DNA of 64,000 nucleotides from assembly GCA_950097015.1 (NCBI GenBank), contig CATNEN010000024.1, positions 6,200,001 to 6,264,000 on the forward strand, written 5' to 3'. The notes beneath the pieces are model-generated. The model saw only the letters and a program-made list of their open reading frames with translations, made no database searches and was not told where the DNA came from. The DNA comes from Macrostomum hystrix (lineage: Eukaryota > Animalia > Platyhelminthes). Of the stretch, positions 39,752 to 64,000 are shown piece after piece; the first letter of the stretch is position 1; the number at the start of each line of letters is the position of its first letter. Made by a program: the position numbers and the translations under genes.

Positions 39752-40086
39752 TCAGGCGTAGAACTTGTCAAATTCGTCAGCCAGCACTGGGCGGTGCCGC
39801 CTGTAGAAATCTTCGGCATCGGTGTAGAACACCGGCTGGTAAGGTGACCGCTTGCCCCAGCCAATGGAGCGCAGTGGCCGCTGCCAAGGCTGCTGCTGCT
39901 GCTCTAGCTGCTGACTTGTCTGGACTGTCGGCTTGCCTGTGATAACAAATTAAAATGATTTAAAAGGAGTGTTTAGGATGTTATACAACGTGTCCATGTC
40001 TCCCAACACAATGTCCTACCTTCGCACTGGATGACCATCAATAGGCCGGCTGCCACAGCGATCAGAACGATGCAGAGCTTAGACAT
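39752..40086 (-). CDS. Small GWamide neuropeptide precursor, 83 aa; complement(join(39752..39936,40020..40086))
   Basis: MSKLCIVLIAVAAGLLMVIQCEG | KPTVQTSQQLEQQQQPWQRPLRSIGW-GKR-SPYQPVFYTDAEDFYRRHRPVLADEFDKFYA*. Signal peptide, phase-1 83-bp GT-AG intron, G-KR amidation/cleavage site, TATA about 110 bp upstream. Confidence 0.85.
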
Positions 40087-40192
40087 ACCCGGGAGCGATC
40101 TGCTCTAGACTGGAACCGATTGGCAGTGAGACTGAGTTAGTCGGGGCAGGAGCTGGTGTGGAGCGGCTGCTTGAGAGCCGGCGAGCGCGACA

Positions 40193-40202
40193 ATTTATAC
40201 CT
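40193..40202 (-). promoter_or_regulatory. TATA box of the GWamide gene
   Basis: AGGTATAAAT on the minus strand, identical to 7893-7902. Confidence 0.55.
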
Positions 40203-40935
40203 GAAATCCCACAGTCAAAGCCGAGCGCCTTTCAGGAAATTGAGACTGGCGAGTCCGCTAACTGGGCTGGCCCCTCCTCATCAGGTGAAGAGCGGAACTC
40301 ATTATGAAAGCGGCGGCGGCGGCGACTGCGCCACCCATTCTCCCGAGACGATCCTCTGGGCGCGCGACCGTCTTGAGTCACGCATGCAGGCATCCAGGAT
40401 GCGCGATGGATACAACTCGACTATTTGAGCAGCTATTTGAGCAGCCGGTGGGGATTCAATTTATCTCTAAAACGCTCGTTATAAGCTACGCAAGTTCTGT
40501 CTTGTCTAACTCGAAACTGGTTTCACACCCCCAAAAATTAAATATAATAAATGAGTCGCGAGAGAGACCTTGTTTGGTGTCACGCGACTGTAAAACCAAG
40601 TCGCTTTTAGAGCTGAACTGCATGCCGCCTGTATGAAAGGCACAGTTTATTGTTTCTTTATGGCCCCAATGCCTATTAAAAAAATGCAACACTTTCTCCA
40701 TTGCCGACTAAATGAGACAGGAAGGATTGCTCAGGATAAAATATATTGCTCAAGAATCGGTACATTTTTAATGAAGGAATTAGCTATTGCCTCTTCCCAA
40801 AATAGCTTTAAAGATGTGCAGGTGTGAAATCGGGTAGCTGTCACCTTTTGCCATCTGTCGAGTTGCTTTTAACTCTGCTGTGACAGTTTAATCAATTAAT
40901 GAGCACCGATACTACTAATGCGTACTACTGAGTGA

Positions 40936-41100
<165 letters not shown>

Positions 41101-41719
41101 CTCTCGTTTGTATCAAGTACTAACATTTTCAAAGCTAAAGAAAATGAACATTACAAGCCATTTTATTTTACGCTGCTACATGTTTTTCGCTTGCTGTTTA
41201 CTGCTGTTTGCTATGTCTCGCTGCATTTTTTTCTGTTTTATTAAGAATATATAAGTTTAACACATGAAAAATAATAAGTTGCATTTAGACTTCTATTTAA
41301 AGTATTCTACCAGTAACCTCATAAAATGCTAACTACAATGATCAGGGTGACATGAGTATGCCATGAGTACAAAGCATTTATTAAACAGCTAATTCTAAAA
41401 CATGAATGTTCTAAAACAACTTTACAGCTTAATTAAAAATTAGCAATCAGTTGTACGCATGAAAATAAAAAATTAAATTAAAATGAAAATTTCATTTAAA
41501 ATGATACAAAATACAGTGTTAATTTTGCACTAGCTTGTCAAGTAGTTCTGCATTATTTAAACAATTTAGCAAGTACAAAACAAGAGAATAGAGAATATCG
41601 CATTCAAATCCGTGCTCTTTCTAAAAAACTCAGTTATTTTGAGTTAAACAAATTTTAAAATGTTAAGTTTTTTTGTGATCTTAATAATAATATATATAAC
41701 TATAATTACTTACACCCAA

Positions 41720-41862
41720 TCGGGCCAGATGTGCAGCCGACAGCACAGCCGACAGCTATTGCGCTGCGCATCTGAAGGCTGCGTACTTGCTGTTCAGTCC
41801 ATGGACTGGGGGGACACCACACCCAAACCTCAGTCCGACGCTCTAACCACTTGGCTACAACC
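41720..41862 (-). mobile_element. tRNA-derived SINE copy
   Basis: Minus-strand head GGTTGTAGCCAAGTGGTTAGAGCGTCGGACT (A-box-like). Body homologous to 9978-10100. Confidence 0.62.
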
Positions 41863-41979
41863 TCCTATTCGCGATCTTAGAATAAAATAAAATATACTCT
41901 TTTCGTACTTTCGTCTTTTCGTACTCCTGGTTACCTGGACAGTTTCTGGTCTTTCTTCTGATGAACTGCAAGGTAAAAT

Positions 41980-60665
<18,686 letters not shown>

Positions 60666-61349
60666 CTACAGATTCCCTACACCGCCAGCTCATAGGCAAA
60701 GTCGGTATCAAGTTCACTTCTTTTCGGAGTCCATTTCCGCGCGATACCTCAATTAAAAGTTTAATAAGCAGAACCCTGCTCGCGCATGTGTAGAGTTAGT
60801 CAGCGGTCTGCGTAATTCAGGTGAGCCGTGAGAGAGAGAAAGGTAGAAAGCGCTCCAGAGCAGAAAACCGGTGTGCACTCGGACCTGCTGGCACACACCC
60901 AAAGGCTTTTTAGACTGGAATTAAATACCTAAATTTCTGCGGTGAAGCCCTAATCACTTCTCACGCTAAAAACTGTGCTCATTAGCCTCACAAAAAACAG
61001 GACAAAAACTTTCAGAGCCTCAGTGCTGCAAAAAGCACACGACACTCAGTTTTGTCTAATTTTATCGCTGAGCAATTGCATTTCGGAGTAAAAAACTAGA
61101 AAAAATATTAGCTTTAAATTTATATTCAAGCCAATAAAGTCTGTAACGCTCGTATAAGCTTAAAGTCAACTGGCTTGCTCAAATGCTCGTAAAGATAAAT
61201 CTGAGTAATGGCAGTCTTGTGCTTAAACTAAGCTGTTTAAGTTGCGTCAAACGCAACGATGCATAATACGTCTCGGATATTACAACCTTCCAATTTAGGC
61301 AGGTTAGTAAGTGGTGACAGATTCGGAAGATCTGGGAGGTTGGAGCCGG

Positions 61350-62105
61350 AGGAAGGTTGGTGATTTAATCTGAGGATCTGGCAAGGTTGGTGATTTAATC
61401 TAAGGATCTGGGAAGGTTGGTGATCTAATCTGAGGATCTGGGAAGGTTGGTGATTTAATCTGAGGATCTGGGAAGGTTGGTGATTCAATCTGAGGAGCTG
61501 GGAAGGTTGGTGATTTAATCTGAGGAGCTGGGAAGGTTGGTGATTTAATCTGAGGATCTGGGAAGGTTGGTGATTTAATCTAAGGATCTGGGAAGGTTGG
61601 TGATTTAATCTGAGGATCTGGGAAGGTTGGTGATCTAATCTGAGGATCTGGGAAGGTTGGTGATCTTATCTGAGGATCTGGGATGGTTGGTGATTTAATC
61701 TGAGGATCTGGGAAGGTTGGTGATTTAATCTGAGGAGCTGGGAAGGTTGGTGATTTAATCTGAGGATCTGGGAAGGTTGGGGATTGAATCTAAGGATCTG
61801 GGAAGGTTGGTGATTTAATCTGAGGATCTGGAAAGGTTGGTGATCTTATCTGAGGATCTGGGAAGGTTGGTGATTTAATCTGAGGATCTGGGAAGGTTGG
61901 TGATTTAATCTGAGGATCTGGGAAGGTTGGTGATTTAATCTGAGGATCTGGGAAGGTTGGTGATCTTATCTGAGGATCTGGGAAGGTTGGTGATTTAATC
62001 TGAGGATCTGGGAAGGTTGGTGATTTAATCTGAGGATCTGGGAAGGTTGGTGATTTAATCTGAGGAGCTGGGAAGGTTGGTGATCTAATCTGAGGATCTG
62101 GGAAG
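61350..62105. repeat. 30-bp minisatellite
   Basis: GGGAAGGTTGGTGATTTAATCTGAGGATCT tandem units. Confidence 0.95.
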
Positions 62106-62894
62106 GTAGTTTATTTAACTAAACATAATCTCATAAATAATGAAATTAAAAAAGAGCAAATATACTATAAGCAATCGTTTATAAGCTAAGAGGCAGCAGC
62201 TGTGTTCAGTAAAATAAAGGATGTTGTTCCCAAGAGTTATTTTACCGTATATATATATATTACGAGTAATTCAAGTATAGTTTCGGATATTTTACAATCC
62301 ATTTTTACAGTGAAGCAGTGCGCAAATGATTTTAAACCAATTACTGTGATCAACGTAAAATAAAAGTTGAAGGTGTTAGACAAAGCTAGGTTAATAAACT
62401 GGTTAAAGCCAGGTTAAACCAAAAAAGGTTGGCTAAATGTCTAAACAGACTCAAACCTTCATGCAGATTATTAACTACAGCCGCTTTGGATTGATGTAAA
62501 TAATATTTTTTTCTGAGACATTCGGACAGTCCACTTAACCGCTTTAGTTATCATTTTAGAGCTACGACGAGTATTAAAGAGAAAATAGCAGGTAAAAGAA
62601 ACAAGACAGGCAGAGAGAGGTAAAAAAGGTCTGTAAATGGGGAAAATTCAAGCAGGCAGCTAGCGATTCAGCAGAGGCAGACTTTTTTTACTGCCGATTG
62701 TTTGTTCAAATCGCTCTTTACTTACATTTTTGAACATTGGAATAATTGTTACGAAAAAATCCTCGAAACATTCACAAAGATTTATTGGCTAATCCTCATA
62801 AGGTACTCACTTAATCCCCCACGGAGTATAATATATCAATCCACAAACAGAAGGTAATACTCGTATTTTAATCCACAAATACGCTCGTAGAGGC

Positions 62895-63375
62895 TAAACC
62901 CTTAATCCAAAAATAGAGGGTAAACCCTTAATCCAAAAATAAAGGGTAAACCCTTAATCCACAAACAGGGGGTAAACCCTTAATCCAGAAATAGAGGGTA
63001 AACCCTTAATCCACAGACAGGGGGTAAACCCTTAATCCACAAACAGGGGGTAAACCCTTAATCCAAAATAGAGGGTAAACCCTTAAATCCACAAACAGGG
63101 GGTAAACCCTTAATCCAAAAATAGAGGGTAAACCCTTAATCCACAGACAGGGGGTAAACCCTTAATCCACAAACAGGGGGTAAACCCTTATTCCAAAAAT
63201 AGAGGGTAAACCCTTAATCCACAGACAGGGGGTAAACCCTTATTCCAAAAATAGAGGGTAAACCCTTAATCCACAAACAGGGGGTAAACCCTTAATCCAA
63301 AAATAGAGGGTAAACCCTTCAATCCACAAACAGGGGGTAAAACCCTTAATCCAAAAATAGAGGGTAAACCCTTAA
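62895..63375. repeat. 26-bp minisatellite with alternating dimer
   Basis: GGGTAAACCCTTAATCC followed alternately by AAAAATAGA or ACA(A/G)ACAGG. Confidence 0.9.
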
Positions 63376-64000
63376 CCAACAAATATAAGGTTATCCTCTA
63401 ATCTTGACATAGACGGGGGAAGTTTTTGGAGATCTTTGATGTTAAATCTACATAAAAACAGTATAATGTCTCTAAGAGATTCAACAATTAAGCAGCTGGC
63501 CGATGAAATAAAAAAACGCAGAGAAGAATTATTTTTCTTTTAGGAAAAGAAATCGGACATAATGACGCACAGCAAAAGGCGGTTGCAGAAGTCCAAACTA
63601 GTAAATGAATGTTAAAACTAAATGTAAAAAGCCGCGCGATACACACTACTAATAAGTAGAACGAGAAGTACATTTAAGCAAACAGACAGCTGGTGACGAA
63701 GATCAACAAAGAAAAAAACTAAAAAACACGCTAGCAAGCACTGGTTGATGGGTCGATGCGAGGCGTTGACTAAAATCGAAACTGAACTAAAAATTAACTA
63801 TTTAGGTTGCAGTACTGTGTTTAACGTTTAAAAAGCTGGTCTATAAGGATAAAAACGACTTAAATTAATCAAGAACTCGGTAGCCACGCCATAGTTAGTT
63901 AGAGCAGCGGTAGAGTAAGCTGCAGAAATTCAATCATTTATGAAATTCCACCCGCGCTCAGAACAGATTCTTCAGGTCGAGCAGAGCGCGACAGATTTGG

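Overview
Eukaryotic, intron-containing and repeat-rich DNA. It is probably from a lophotrochozoan such as the flatworm Macrostomum; this is inferred from minisatellite-filled introns and the neuropeptide types and was not verified. Hand-spliced gene models give five genes. (1) SOAT/ACAT sterol O-acyltransferase (+, 944-4383, 4 exons). (2) APGWamide precursor (-, 7178-7684). (3) Divergent ETS-domain factor (+, 9628-12554, 5 exons). (4) A short two-exon GWamide neuropeptide precursor absent from the ORF track (-, 39752-40086). (5) A large neuregulin/vein-like Ig-EGF ligand gene (-, about 41980-60665) with two candidate mutually exclusive transmembrane exons and no obvious genomic ATG. A 26.7 kb 17/11-bp satellite with higher-order repeats (12923-39632) lies between genes 3 and 4. 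Nearly every long intron holds its own tandem array. Several MITEs, a mariner relic and tRNA-derived SINEs are also present. Most ORF-track entries are repeat artefacts.
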